This document shows positions 50,015-63,166 of a DNA stretch of 64,000 nt, one piece after another. The notes below the pieces were generated by a model. It saw only the letters and a program-made list of their open reading frames with translations. It did no database searches and had not been told where the DNA came from. Source of the stretch: Mobula hypostoma. Taxonomy: Eukaryota. Location of the stretch: positions 63,366,001 through 63,430,000 of the forward strand of contig NC_086108.1 in NCBI RefSeq assembly GCF_963921235.1, in the 5' to 3' direction. The first letter of the stretch is position 1, and every line of letters begins with the position of its first letter. The position numbers and the translations under genes were made by a program.

Positions 50015-51080
50015 ACCATAAGACTATAAAATATAGGAGCAGAATTAGGCCATTTGGCCCATCGAGTCTGTTCCGTCATTTCATCATGGCTGATCCAATT
50101 TTCCTCTCAGCCTCAATCTCCTGCCTTCTCTCCATATCTCTTCATGCCCTGACCAGTCAGGAATCTATCAACCTCTGCCTTAAATATATATAAAGTGTTG
50201 ACCACAAGTGCTACAGATTCACCACTTTCTGGCTAAAAGAATTCCTCCTCATCTCCATTCTAAAAGGACGCCCCTCTATCCTGAGCCTATGTCCTCTGGT
50301 CCTAGACTCTCCCACCATAGGAAACATACTCTCTACATCCACTCTTCACCATTCGAAGGGTTTCAATGAGGTCACCCCCTCAATCTTCTGAATTCCAGTG
50401 AATACAGCCCTAGAGCCATCAAACATTCTTCGTATGACAAGCTATTCAATCCTGGAGTCATTTTCGTGGAGCTCCTTTGAACCCTCTCCAGTTTCAACAC
50501 ATCCTTTCTAAGATAAGGGGCCCAAAACTGCTCACAGAATTCCAAGTGAGGTCTCATCAGTGGTTTTATATTCTAGTACTCTTGAAATGAATGCTAACAT
50601 CCCATTTGCCTTCCTCACCACAGTCTCAACCTGCAAATTAACCTTTAGGTAATCCTGCACAAGGATTCCCAAATTCCTTTGCACCTCAGTTTTTTATATT
50701 TTCTCTCCATTTAGAAAATAGTCAACCCTCTCATTTCTTCTACCAAAGTGCATGACCATACACTTCCCGACACTGTATTCCATCTGCCATTTTTTTGCCC
50801 ATTCTCCTAATCTGTCTAAGTCCTTCTGTACCTCTCTACTTCACAAAACAACCTACCCTTTCTCTTATCTTCATATCACCTGCAAACTTTGCAACAAAGC
50901 CATCAATTCCACCATCTAAATCATTGACATTTACCATAAAAAGAATCGGTCCCAACACAGAACCCTGTGGACCACCACCAGTCACCGTCAGACAACCAGA
51001 TAAGGCTTCCTTTATTCCCACTCTTTGCCACCTGTCAATCAGCCCCTGCCTTATCCATGCTAGAATATTTCCTGTAATAA
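50015..51080 (-). mobile_element. CR1 3' fragment inserted into a plus-strand CR1 tail (about 49960-50014 and 51081-51225)
   Basis: RPHLEFCEQFWAPYLRKD, PQGSVLGP, KFAGD; flanks rejoin as gcagaggttgataga/ttctagataagtaagg. Confidence 0.8.
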
Positions 51081-51624
51081 GATTCTAGATAAGTAAGGAT
51101 GTTGAAGGTTGTAGAAGCAAGGCAGGAGAATAGGGTTGAAAGGGAATAATAGATCAGCCATGATGAAATGGTGGAGTAGACTTGAATGGCCTAATTGTGC
51201 TCCTGTGTCTTATATTCTTTTAGCCTAAAACACATTACCATTAATAAGGTGCTTATGTAGAACTTAACACAATAGCCATTTATGTAGCTGTTGTTAAGGT
51301 TTCACAAATCCTAGCCCACGGAAAACTAAGTAATGGCCTAGAAATTCTGTTCCGTGGGATAAGGATCCATGACTGTGTACTCTGTGGTGAGCTCTGCATG
51401 CTTTATCTAAATGTTTTCTGTTGTAAAATTGTCCTGTGCACAAGGCCTTGTGTGCAACTTAACTAGTCTTACAAGCTTAATGCAAGAATATTTGTCTGCT
51501 CACTTTCTTTTCAAGATGAGTGAAGCAGGTAGGTATTGGGACAAGGGAGGGAAGAATAGGGAAATGTTCCGGGGAGGAATAGTAAAGTGAAGTTTGTGGT
51601 GTCAGACAAGCTAAGCCTATTTTT

Positions 51625-51900
51625 TAAAGATTAGCTTCATTTGGTATATATATAAACATCAAAACATTCCCTGAAATGTGTCATTTACACCAACAAACAT
51701 CACAGCACGAGAATGTGGTAGGGGAAGCCTGCAAGTTTTGCCCTGCTTCTGGCAGCTACATATCATGTCCACAACCTACTAATCCTAATCTTTGGAATGT
51801 GGGAGGAAACTGAAGCACCTGGAAGAAACCCACATGGTCAGGGGGAAAACATACAAGCAGCAGGAATTGAACCTGGATTGTTGGTTCACCACGCTACGGT
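51625..51900 (-). mobile_element. V-SINE/HE1-like fragment
   Basis: Minus strand tgggtttcttccaggtgcttcagtttcctcccacattccaaaga resembles the V-SINE central domain. Confidence 0.5.
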
Positions 51901-52639
51901 AGTGTCCAAAGAGAATTGGTTGTCTTAGATCAGAATGGGCAAGTGTGTGAAGACAGGTGGAGGGGGAGAATTGGAGGAAACGAGAAGAGATGAGATGGTG
52001 AGGTTTATGAGATTGTGATTTGTTGGATGTAGGAGTTGGAAGCTTGGAGGTAGTTTTTATCTTAAAGGTACCTACATATAGCTGGTTCCATGGTTTGGTT
52101 CCCTGGGCAGGTTTGCTCAATAGGTCCCTCCTGAGCATTGCCAAAGTAGGCTTCACCTTGGCAATCATTCATGAGTTCTAAACTAAATTCATCAAGTGAT
52201 AAGCTTTCCTATGAAATACTACCACATAGAATACAAATATCTCATCCTACACAACTGTACCTTCAGAATTCAACATACCGTATGAGGTCATTTAAACTGT
52301 AAGATTCCTGCATGAAAGGTTTGGTGCGGTAGTAGGGCCACATGGCAAGGTAACAGGGCCACTCAGCCCACCACCCCTGTGCCAAGTAGATGGGTGTCTC
52401 AAATGAGGATGGGCATCTTGCTGTCATGCTCACACTCTGCAATTGGAAATGATTACCATAGTTGTCTTTAATTACAGATCAATATTTCCTTTTACATAAT
52501 GGGAACAACATATTGGGAATCCGAGATAAGAATCACAACATGCTGGAGATTTTCAGCAAGTCAGATAACATTTATGGAAGGGGAAAGTTAATATTTCAGG
52601 TTCCCAAGAGCCGAAACGTTGTGTCCCACTCTCACAGCT

Positions 52640-53110
52640 GGAATATTGTACACTTGTTTGCAGTTCTCGTCACCACACCATAGGACGGAATAGAATTGGA
52701 GGGAATGCAGAAGAAATTCACCAAGTTGCCTTGGAGCAGAGAAATCTGAGGTGGACGAAACAGAAACACAAAATCACGAGAAACAGAGATATGGTAGAAG
52801 TAAGACATTTTTCCCCATGGCAGAGGTGTTTGAGACCATAGGACAAAGGTTTAAGATGAGGTGTAGGATGTTCAGAGGAAATCTGAGGAAAATTTTCATC
52901 AATAGGATCATTACAATTTGCAACACTGCCTGAGAAGGTGACAAGGGCAAATACATTCACAATATCAAAGAAACATTTGAACAATTACTTCAATCACTGA
53001 AGCTGGTAGGCCATGGACGAAGCACTGATAAAAGGGATTAATATTGATAGGACCTGATGATCGATATGACCTTGCTGGGCCAAGGCCTTCTTCTTTGCTG
53101 TATGGCTCTG
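52640..53110 (+). mobile_element. Old CR1 3' remnant
   Basis: ELEGMQKKFTKL and FFPMAEVFETIGQRFK remnants. Confidence 0.55.
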
Positions 53111-53347
53111 AGCACATGACCATCAGATCTCCCTTTTGTAATGTTAACCCTTCTTTCCACTGAGACTGCCTAATGGACTGAGCATTGCCTGTCTGTTAAG
53201 ATACTCTTATATGTTGTTTTTTTCCCCATATCTACTGGAGCATTGCTTGGGGCACAGTGGCATGTTAAAAGCTTAATTCTTATTGTTTAAAAAGTAGCAT
53301 TGTGATGGTCATCTGGATCCTTCTGTACCCTTTCTCTTTCTTTGCAG

Positions 53348-53532
53348 AGAAAGTCCATGATGAGATTGTGAGTGTAATTGGCCAGCAAGATCCTGTGATG
53401 GATGATCGAATCAATCTTCCTTACACCAATGCAGTTGTTCATGAAATACAGCGAAAAGGCATCTTAGTCCCATTTACTCTTCACAGGAAAACTACTCGAG
53501 ATACAACAGTGGGAAAATACTTCATACCAAAG
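53348..53532 (+). CDS. cyp2j: CYP2 exon 7 (185 nt, helix K ExxR)
   Basis: ttttgcag|(E)KVHDEIVSVIGQQDPVMDDRINLPYTNAVVHEIQRKGILVPFTLHRKTTRDTTVGKYFIPK|gtaatt. Confidence 0.94.
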
Positions 53533-54331
53533 GTAATTGAAACACAGGTTTTCAACATGAAATCGTATTGAACGAACACAGAATATAATATAAATAAGAT
53601 GAAAGAATCAAGAAAGATGATTATAAGAGCTGGGTGCTGTGAATATTCACAGTTTGAGAGATTTGCTAAAGCTAGGGTGTGTTTTGATATGAATAATTCA
53701 TTTCTTGAAGCCTTTTGAGGACTTTCCTTCCTTTTTACTATTCTGACAAATACTTGTGTTGTGGATTAAATCTACAAATCTATCAAGATATCACAAGAGC
53801 CTCGCAGGTAAGAAATACATTCATAATCAGCCCATCTTAATTTATTTGTTTAAACAAATCTCCACTGTTTCCATTGCTTCTGTCAAAATATTTCTTTAAT
53901 AATTCTCTTTTTTATTTGGCTCCATGCAAACTTTTGTTATTCACTATGATTAAAAACTGCTTTATGTCTTAGAACTGGCTTTTGTTGACTTGAATCTCTC
54001 TCCTTGTTCCATCCTCAAAGTCCACTCTTTATCCTTAGTTTTCCTCGGAACATGATGTGAAAAATGGATTAACACCACATATCCTTTCAGGAGTAAAACA
54101 TATGTGCACACAAACAAACGAGGATGTAATGAAGACCATAAGGACAATTTGCTTGTTATTGCCTTGCATCTTAGAAAAATTGGTTGAGAACAGTCAGAGC
54201 TTGCATTTTCAAGCTACAATGACCTCATCCAGCTCTGCAGCAGAAGAAGCATACTGATGGGTTTCACATTAACACCTTAATTTACAACTTGGGGGAAGCG
54301 AAATACTGCTTCTTCCTACTCCCTACATAAA

Positions 54332-57207
54332 CATTCGTAATAAGGTGGATGAATTGAAAGTGCAGATTGTTATTAATGATTATGATATAGTTGGGATCAC
54401 AGAGACATGGCTCCAGGGTGACCAGGGATGGGAGCTCAATGTTCAGGGATATTCAATATTCAGGAGGGATAGACATGAAGGAAGGGGAGGTGGGGTGGCG
54501 TTGCTGGTTAAAGAAGAGATTAATGCAATAGAAAGGAAGGACATAAGCCGGGAAAATGTGGAATCGATATGGGTAGAGCTGCGTAACACTAAGGGGCAGA
54601 AGACGCTGGTGGGAGTTGTGTACAGGCCACCTAACAGTAGTAGTGAGGTCGGAGATGGTATTAAACAGGAAATTAGAAATGTGTGCAATAAAGGAACAGC
54701 AGTTATAATGGGTGACTTCAATCTACATGTAGACTGGGTGAACCAAATTGGTAAAGGTGCTAAGGAAGAGGATTTCTTGGAATGTATGCGGGATGGTTTT
54801 TTGAACCAACATGTCGAGGAACCAACTAGAGAGCAGGCTATTCTGGACTGGGTTTTGAGCAATGAGGAAGGGTTAATTAGCGATCTTGTCGTGAGAGGCC
54901 CCTTGGGTAAGAGTGACCATAATATGGTGGAATTCTTAATTAATATGGAGAGTAAGATAATTAATTCAGAAACAAAGGTTCTGAACTTAAAGAGGGGTAA
55001 CTTTGAAGGTATGAGACGTGAATTAGCTAAGATAGACTGGCAAATGACACTTAAAGGATTGACGGTGGATATGCAATGGCAAGCATTTAAAGGTTGCATG
55101 GATGAACTACAACAATTGTTCATCCCAGTTTGGCAAAAGAATAAATCAAGGAAGGTAGTGCACCCGTGGCTGACGAGAGAAATTAGGGATAGTATCAATT
55201 CCAAAGAAGTAGCATACAAATTAGCCAGAGAAAGTGGCTCACCTGAGGACTGGGAGAAATTCAGAGTTCAGCAGAGGAGGACAAAGGGCTTAATTAGGAA
55301 GGGGAAAAAAGATTATGAGAGAAAACTGGCAGAGAACATAAAAACGGACTGTAAAAGCTTTTATAGATATGTAAAAAGGAAAAGACTGGTAAAGACAAAT
55401 GTAGGTCCCCTGCAGACGGAAACAGGTGAATTGATTATGGGGAGCAAGGACATGGCAGACCAATTGAATAAGTACTTTGGTTCTGTCTTCACTAAGGAGG
55501 ACATAAATAATCTTCCAGAAATAGTAAGGGACAGAGGGTCCAGTGAGATGGAGGAACTGAGTGAAATACATGTTAGTAGGGAAGTGGTGTTAGGTAAATT
55601 GAAGGGGTTGAAGGCAGATAAATCCCCAGGGCCAGATGGTCTGCATCCTAGAGTGCTTAAGGAAGTAGCCCAAGAAATAGTGGATGCATTAGTGATAATT
55701 TTTCAAAACTCGTTAGATTCTGGACTAGTTCCTGAGGATTGGAGGGTGGCTAATGTAACCCCACTTTTTAAAAAAGGAGGGAGAGAGAAACCGGGGAATT
55801 ATAGGCCGGTTAGCCTAACGTCGGTGGTGGGGAAACTGCTGGAGTCAGTTATCAAGGATGTGATAACAGCACATTTGGAAAGCGGTGAAATGATCGGACA
55901 AAGTCAGCATGGATTTGTGAAAGGAAAATCATGTCTGACGAATCTCATAGAATTTTTTGAGGATGTAACTAGTAGAGTGGATAGGGGAGAACCAGTGGAT
56001 GTGGTATATTTGGATTTTCAAAAGGCTTTTGACAAGGTCCCACACAGGAGATTAGTGTGCAAACTTAAAGCACACGGTATTGGGGGTAAGGTATTGGTGT
56101 GGGCGGAGAATTGGTTAGCAGACAGGAAGCAAAGAGTGGGAATAGACGGGACCTTTTCAGAATGGCAGGCGGTAACTTGTGGGGTACCGCAAGGCTCAGT
56201 GCTGGGACCCCAGTTGTTTACAATATATGTTAATGACTTGGATGAGGGAATTAAATGCAGCATCTCCAAGTTTGCGGATGACACGAAGCTGGGTGGCAGT
56301 GTTAGCAGTGAGGAGGATGCTAAGAGGATGCAGGGTGACTTGGATAGGTTGGGTGAGTGGGCAAACTCATGGCAGAGGCAATTTAATGTGGATAAATGTG
56401 AAGTTATCCACTTTGGTGGCAAAAATAGGAAAACAGATTATTATCTGAATGGTGGCCAATTAGGAAAAGGGGAGGTGCAACGAGACCTGGGTGTCATTAT
56501 ACACCAGTCATTGAAAGTGGGCATGCAGGTACAGCAGGCGGTGAAAAAGGCGAGTGGTATGCTGACATTTATAGCGAGAGGATTCGAGTACAGGAGCAGG
56601 GAGGTACTACTGCAGTTGTACAAGGCCTTGGTGAGACCACACCTGGAGTATTGTGTGCAGTTTTGGTCCCCTAATCTGAGGAAAGACATCTTTGCCATAG
56701 AGGGAATACAAAGAAGGTTCACCAGATTGATTCCTGGGATGGCAGGTCTTTCATATGAAGAAAGACTGGATGAACTGGGCTTGTACTCGTTGGAATTTAG
56801 AAGATTGAGGGGGGATCTGATTGAAACGTATAAGATCCTAAAGGGATTGGACAGGCTAGATGCAGGAAGATTGTTCCCGATGTTGGGGAGGTCCAGAACG
56901 AGGGGTCACAGTTTGAGGATAGAGGGGAAGCCTTTTAGGACCGAGATTAGGAAAAACTTCTTCACGCAGAGAGTGGTGAATCTGTGGAATTCTCTGCCAC
57001 AGCAAACTGTTGAGGCCAGTTCATTGGCTATGTTTAAGAGGGAGTTAGATATGGCCCTTGTGGCTACAGGGGTCAGGGGGTATGGAGGGAAGGCTGGGGC
57101 GGGGTTCTGAGTTAGATGATCAGCCATGATCATAATAAATGGCGGTGCAGGCTCGAAGGGCCGAATGGCCTACTCCTGCACCTATTTTCTATGTTTCTAT
57201 GTTTCTA
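54332..57207 (+). mobile_element. CR1 LINE family A, 5'-truncated, with an uninterrupted 921-codon ORF2 frame
   Basis: ORF 54345-57110 carries the endonuclease and RT motifs; near-identical by eye to 3634-6502; ttttctatgtttctatgtttcta tail. Confidence 0.96.
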
Positions 57208-57739
57208 AACCACTAATTTGCACCATCCACCCCTATATTGACAGCCATAGAATCATCCTCTCTTGCTCAGCAGGGAGGTTGGTTCCAACTTTACAAAACA
57301 TTGGTTGTTCCTTAGCTGGAGCATTACACACAGTTCTGGTCGCCACACTATATGAAAGATGTGACATTGCTGGAGAGGGTACAGAGGAAATTCACCCGGA
57401 TGTTCCCCAGGATGGGATGTTTCAGTAATGAGGAGAGATTGCAGAGTCTGTGTCTGTTCTTTCTGGAACAAAGGAGGTCCAGAAGTGAGACGATTGAGAT
57501 ATATAAAATTATGAAGGGTGTAGATAGGGTAGTCTGCAGGAAACTATTCTCCATATCAGTGATAGACACCCTTAAGTTCATAAATTTAGGAAGGGATCAC
57601 TGATTTAGAGGAGATCTGAGAGGGACTTTTTCACTTGGTGAATGAGTGGGAACTTTTCACTCAATAAATGATGAAAACATTGCCTGAAAGAATGCAGGAA
57701 GTAGAGCAATTTAAGTGCTCACCCAGTCACTTCTAAAAT

Positions 57740-58109
57740 GTCAAGTCAAGTCAAGTCAAGTCGCTTTTATTGTCATTTCAACCATAACTGCTGGTACAAT
57801 ACACAGTAAAAACGAAACAACGATTCTCCAGGACCATGGTGCTACATGAAACAACACAAAACTACACTAGACTATCTGAAACAACACTAAACTACACTAA
57901 ACTATGTGAAACAACACAAAATCAGGCCTACCCGGGACTACATGAAGTGCAAGACAGTACAATAATTAATAAACAAGACAATAGGCACAGTAAAGGACAA
58001 ATTACAATATAATAATAAATGATGTAAACGTAAGCAATGTAAACAATGTTTCAGCAGGAATTGAGAAAGAAATGAGCAAAAATTGCAAAGGGAGTGGAGT
58101 GGTGTTCAG

Positions 58110-58140
<31 letters not shown>

Positions 58141-58730
58141 GGTGTCAAACTAGACTCTGGGAATTAAAGATTCTAATGGCTTGGGGGAAGAAACTGTTAC
58201 ACAGTCTGGTCGTGAGAACCCGAATGCTTCATTACCTATTTCCAGATGGCAGGAGGGAGAAGAGTTTGTATGAGGGGTGCGTGGGGTCCTTCACAATGCT
58301 GTTAGCTTTGCGGATGCAGCGTGTGGTGTAAATGTCTGTAATGGCGGGAAGAGAGACCGATGATCTCTTCAGCTGACCTCACTATCCGCTGCAGGGTCTT
58401 GCAATCCGAGACGGTGCAACTTCCGAACTAGGCAGTAATGCAGCCGCTCAGGATGCTCTTGATACATACCCTGTAGAATGTGGTGAGGATGTGGGGTGGA
58501 AGATGAACTTTTCTCAGCCTTCGCAGAAAGTAGAGACGCTGCTGGGCTCTCTTGGCTATGGAGCAGGTGTTGAGGGACCAGGTGAGATTCTCCGCCAGGT
58601 GAACATCAAGAAATTTCGTGCTCTTAATGATCTCTACGGAGGAGCCATCAATGTCAGTGGAGAGTGGTCGCTCGGTGCTCTCCTGAAGCCAACAACCATC
58701 TCTTTTGTTTCGTTCACATTCAGATACAGT
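57740..58730 (-). mobile_element. L2/Rex1-type LINE 3' fragment with (CTTGA)n tail, a 30-bp tandem repeat (57847-57921) and a (TG)n microsatellite (about 58091-58138)
   Basis: ORF 58428-58802 KRAQQRLYFLRRLRK...SILSGCITA; (tcaag)4 at 57741-57760. Confidence 0.8.
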
Positions 58731-58819
58731 TAAGTGCTGACAGCATTTAAGAAGCATCTGGATGAGCATTGAATTGTTTGGGCATAGAAGAATATTATTC
58801 ATGCTGGAGAATGGGATTA

Positions 58820-60960
58820 AGGCATAGAAGAAGAATTAGGCTATTCAGCCCACTGAGTCTGCTCCACCATTTCATAAAGGCTGATCCATTTCCCTCTCAA
58901 CCCCTATTTTCCTGCTTTTTCCCCAGAACCTTTCACCTCTCACTAATCAAGAACCTATCAACCTCAACCTTAAATGCACTCAGTGACCTGGCCTCCATAG
59001 CCACCTGTGGCAACAAATTCCATAGGTTCTTCACCCTCGGCTAAAGAAATTTCACTTTATCTCTGTTCTAAATGGATATCCCTCTAAGCTGAGGCTATGC
59101 TCTCTGGTCGTTGATGCTCCCTACCAAAGGAAACATCCACTTCATATCCACTCTATCTAGGCCTTTCAGCATTTGATAGGTTTCAATGAGATCCCCTCCC
59201 CCTCATTCTTCAAAACTGCAGTGAGCACTGGCCCAGAACCTTCATTCACTGCTCATATGATGACCCGTTCATTCCTGGAATCATTCTCGTGAGCCTCCTC
59301 TGAGCCTTCTCCAATGTCAGCACGTCTTTTCTTAAATAAGGGACCAAAACTACTCACAATACTCCATGAGGTTTCACCAATGCCTTATACAGCCCCAGCA
59401 TTACATCTTTGCTTTTATATTCTAGTCTTCTTGAAATGAATATTAATATTGCATTTGCCTTCCTCACCACCAATTCAACCTACAAATTAACCTTTAGAGA
59501 ATCCTGTGTGAGAACTGCCCAATCTGTTTGCTCCTCACATTTTTGAATTTTCTCCCCATTTAGAAAAGTCTAATAGAAAAGTGTTTGCTTGATCAAACAC
59601 TTCCTAACACTGTATCCATCTGCCACCTCTTTGCCCATTCTATTAATCTGTCTAAATCCTTCTCAGCCTCTCTTCTTCCTCAACCCTACGTGCACTTCCA
59701 CCTGTCTTTGATTCGTCCGCAAACCTGACCACAAAGCCATCAATTTCATCATCTAAATCGTTGACATATTGTACAATGTAAAAAGAAGCAGCTCAATACA
59801 TACCCCTTGGAATGTCTCTAGTCACTAGCAGCCAATCTGAAAAGGATCCTTTTATTCCCACTCTTTGTCTCCTGCCAATCAGCCAATGCTGTATCCATGC
59901 TAGTATTTTTCCTGTGCTCTTATCTTGTTAAGCAGCCTTGGTGCGGCACCTTATCAAAGGCCTTTTGAAAATCCAAGTACACAACATCCACTGATTTTCC
60001 TTTGTCTGTCCTGCTTGTTATTTATTCAATGAATTCCAACGGATTTGTCCGACAAGGTTTTCCCTCAAGGAAACCATGCTGACTTTGGCTTACTTTGTCA
60101 TGTACCTCCAAGTACCCCAAAACCACATCCTTAATAATCAACTTCAACATCTTCCCAACCACTGAGGTCTGGCTAACTTGCCTATAAAGTCCTTTGCAAC
60201 ACACACAAAATGCTGGAGGAACTCAGCAGGCCAGGCAGCATCAATTTAAAAGAATAAACAGCCGACATTTCAAGCTGAGACCCTTAATCAGTACTGATTT
60301 TGTGTATGTGTTTGGATTTCCAGCATCTGCTGATTTTCTTGTGTCTATAAATTCCTTTCTTCTGCCTTGAAAGAGTGTAATGACATTTGCAATTTTCCAG
60401 TCCTCTGGAACCATGCCAGAATCTATTGATTCTTGAAAGATCGTCACTAATGCCTCCACAATCTCTTCAGCTACCTCTTTTAGAACCCTTGGGTGTAGTC
60501 CATCAGGGTTCAGGTGGCTTCTCTACCTTTATCTTTCACCATCTCGCTAGGGATAGCAACTGCACTCACTTCTGCCCCTTGACACTGTGAAACTTCCAGC
60601 ATACTACTAGTGAAGATTGATGCAAAATACAAGTTCAGTTCGTCTGCCATTTATTGGCTAGCTTACTTTCATAGTTCATCTTGTCCCCACCCCCACCACC
60701 ACCAATGATTTCTTTAGTTGCCTACTGGTAATTTTTAAAAAATTCCCAATCCTTTAACTTTCTGCTAATTTTTACTCTATTATATGCCCTCCTCTTTCGC
60801 TTTGACTTCCCTTATCAGCAACAGTTGTGTTATCCTGCCTTTAGAATACTTTCTCTTCTTTGAAGTGCATCTATTCTGTGCCTTCTGAATTGCTCCCAGA
60901 AACTCTAGCCATTAAAATTCTGCCATCATCCCTGCAAGTGTCACTTTCCAGTCAAGTTTG
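58820..60960 (-). mobile_element. Degenerate CR1 ORF2 with a PLE-derived short insert at about 60196-60345
   Basis: QSQHGFLEGK, VPEDWKIANV remnants; the insert carries a decayed hammerhead at about 60259-60296. Confidence 0.78.
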
Positions 60961-61461
60961 GCCAGCTCCTCTCTCATGCCTCTGTAGAGCTGATACATTT
61001 AAATTTAGCTTCTATGTTTCAAATTGCAGGGTAAATTTTATCACAGTTTCCTAACGGTTCCATTACCTTAAGTTCAAGTTAATTTAACAACACCCAATTA
61101 ATATGGGTGGATGCCCAGAGGTCTTGATGGTCATTGTGGGCCAGATGGCTGTCTATGTCTCCATCTCACCTGGACTCACCCTGGGACTATTGCTGGCTCT
61201 TGAGCAGAACGGACTTGTATAGAACTCAACTAGTGAATGTTGTTGACTTGCATATTTATTTAACTTTTGCAACATGCAGGGGTAATGATGAAACTCAGCA
61301 ACCATATTAAGATGGTCCCTTGGGCTTCTGTTCAGTTGTATTTTGGTTTTTAATGAGTTGAAGCTCTATATATCTTCTAGCCTTTCTTCACATCCAAGCT
61401 TAGATATAGGAGATTGAAACTTTCTATTTCATTTGACATGTATTTCTTGTTTGGTCGTTAG

Positions 61462-61603
61462 GGCACACAAGTAATTGCAAACCTCTACTCAGTGTTGATG
61501 GACAAATCAGAATGGGAAACACCTGAGGAATTTAATCCTGAACACTTCCTGAACAAAGATGGGAAATTTGTGAGAAAGGAAGCATTTGTCGCTTTCTCTG
61601 GAG
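61462..61603 (+). CDS. cyp2j: CYP2 exon 8 (142 nt, meander region)
   Basis: cgttag|[47 protein letters not shown](G)|gtaaat. Confidence 0.94.
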
Positions 61604-63166
61604 GTAAATAGTTTCATTTATGTCACGGTATATGGCAGAAATTAGTAATTAGTTGAAAATTTTAGGAGTGAATGAAAGAAAGAAAGCAGCTTCCTTGTTA
61701 TTTATTTGGTTCAAGTTACTCGGATTGTACTGTATATCATGTCCATTTCTGTCGACCTGACAGATTAACCTTTTACATGTGGATCCTTCAATATTTTTGA
61801 TAGAATGGATACTACAATTTGGAGAATCTTTTAAAACAATCGAATGAACAGAAGTTCGTAATCTTTACGGGGAAAGTGACTACAAACTTTTAGCTTCTTC
61901 ATAATGCTAGTTTGTACTAATAAATAACACAAATGAAAATCTTCATATTCACCATCATTATTCTGACATTTTTATTTTATCTAGCCAACTATAAAGGCAA
62001 CTTGCATCTCATTTCTGAATATATTATTTATTTTCTAAGATAAGAGCCTGAAAATATTGAGGAAACAGACTATTTTGAAAAAGGATCTAGTGCTTTCCTG
62101 GTGTATGTGACAAACAAACTCACTCTTTTTGGGTTTCCCGGTACAGTTATTGATTATAACTGATATTTCAATGACAGACTCTGCCATCTTCATCAGGGAT
62201 GATACCTGGGCTTGTCTCGTCCCGTGGTATTTATGTTGTTTATTAAATAGATTATTTTTGCTTGATCATTTACCAACTTCTTTGGTTTGTTATGATATTA
62301 TCCAATTGATATAATCCTTCCAGGAAGTGTTTACATGAATAGTCTTTGGCCTTCTAGGTACCAGGTGGTGTTCCAGAAAGTGGAACCATTTCACTTTCCC
62401 CAATACCGTGACTGTAATATGCCTGCTGTGCTGTTCAAACCACATACCTCCTTCCAATACACTCTGGATATGGTCAGATATGAGCTGCCGTTATATATGA
62501 AGCATTTGATCATGCTTATTTATCTGCGTTGTATTAGTTCCTTCAGGATAATTCTCCCATCCAGACCAAACTATTACCATTGAAAACGTGAAGTTTAGTT
62601 TGGCTTAAGAACAACTGCTTTTTTCACTTAAAGCGTTCAATATATTCACTTTTTTTGAGAAATGGTATTAAAATTAAACTGATGGGGATATCAGAAGATG
62701 GATTTGCTTGACATCTTTTTAATGGATACAAATTAAAATGAATGTGTATTAAAAATTAAGTTAAACCAACTTTCTGCATTTGCAGTAATATACATGCATT
62801 CATGTTTTTAAATGGTGTTCATAGTGGAAACCAAGCAAATTATTTCTAGGCTCCATTCCTTTCTAATCTAAGTAATGCATTCTGAGGGAATTGCTGATCC
62901 AATTGATTCAAATCCAGCCCAAGGTCAGCCAATGAAAGAAACTCTTCTCCACTTGTGAAGATATTTTCTGAATCTTATTCAGGAACCACTGATTGCAAGG
63001 ATTATACCTCAGCCCCCAAAATTATGTTATGATTGAGCAGATAAAGAGAAGATTGTGCTGGGTACTTATACTTGGGGTGCTTCAATATTTATTCTCGACC
63101 CCGGTGAATAGAAAGATTATTTCACATGCCTGTAATTATATAATGCATATGTCTATTCATTTGCAG

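Noticed and set aside
54443..55219. 258-aa antisense ORF (and similar ones such as 5877-6392 and 25685-26416) as novel genes
   Set aside because: They are shadow or alternate frames of retroelement ORFs and show no independent motifs.
54345..57110. 921-aa ORF as a domesticated host gene
   Set aside because: A near-identical broken sister copy and an intact CR1 tail indicate a recent insertion.
57847..57921. 30-bp periodic repeat as a possible CRISPR array
   Set aside because: Units are contiguous with no unique spacers, lie in a LINE 3' UTR, and the context is vertebrate.
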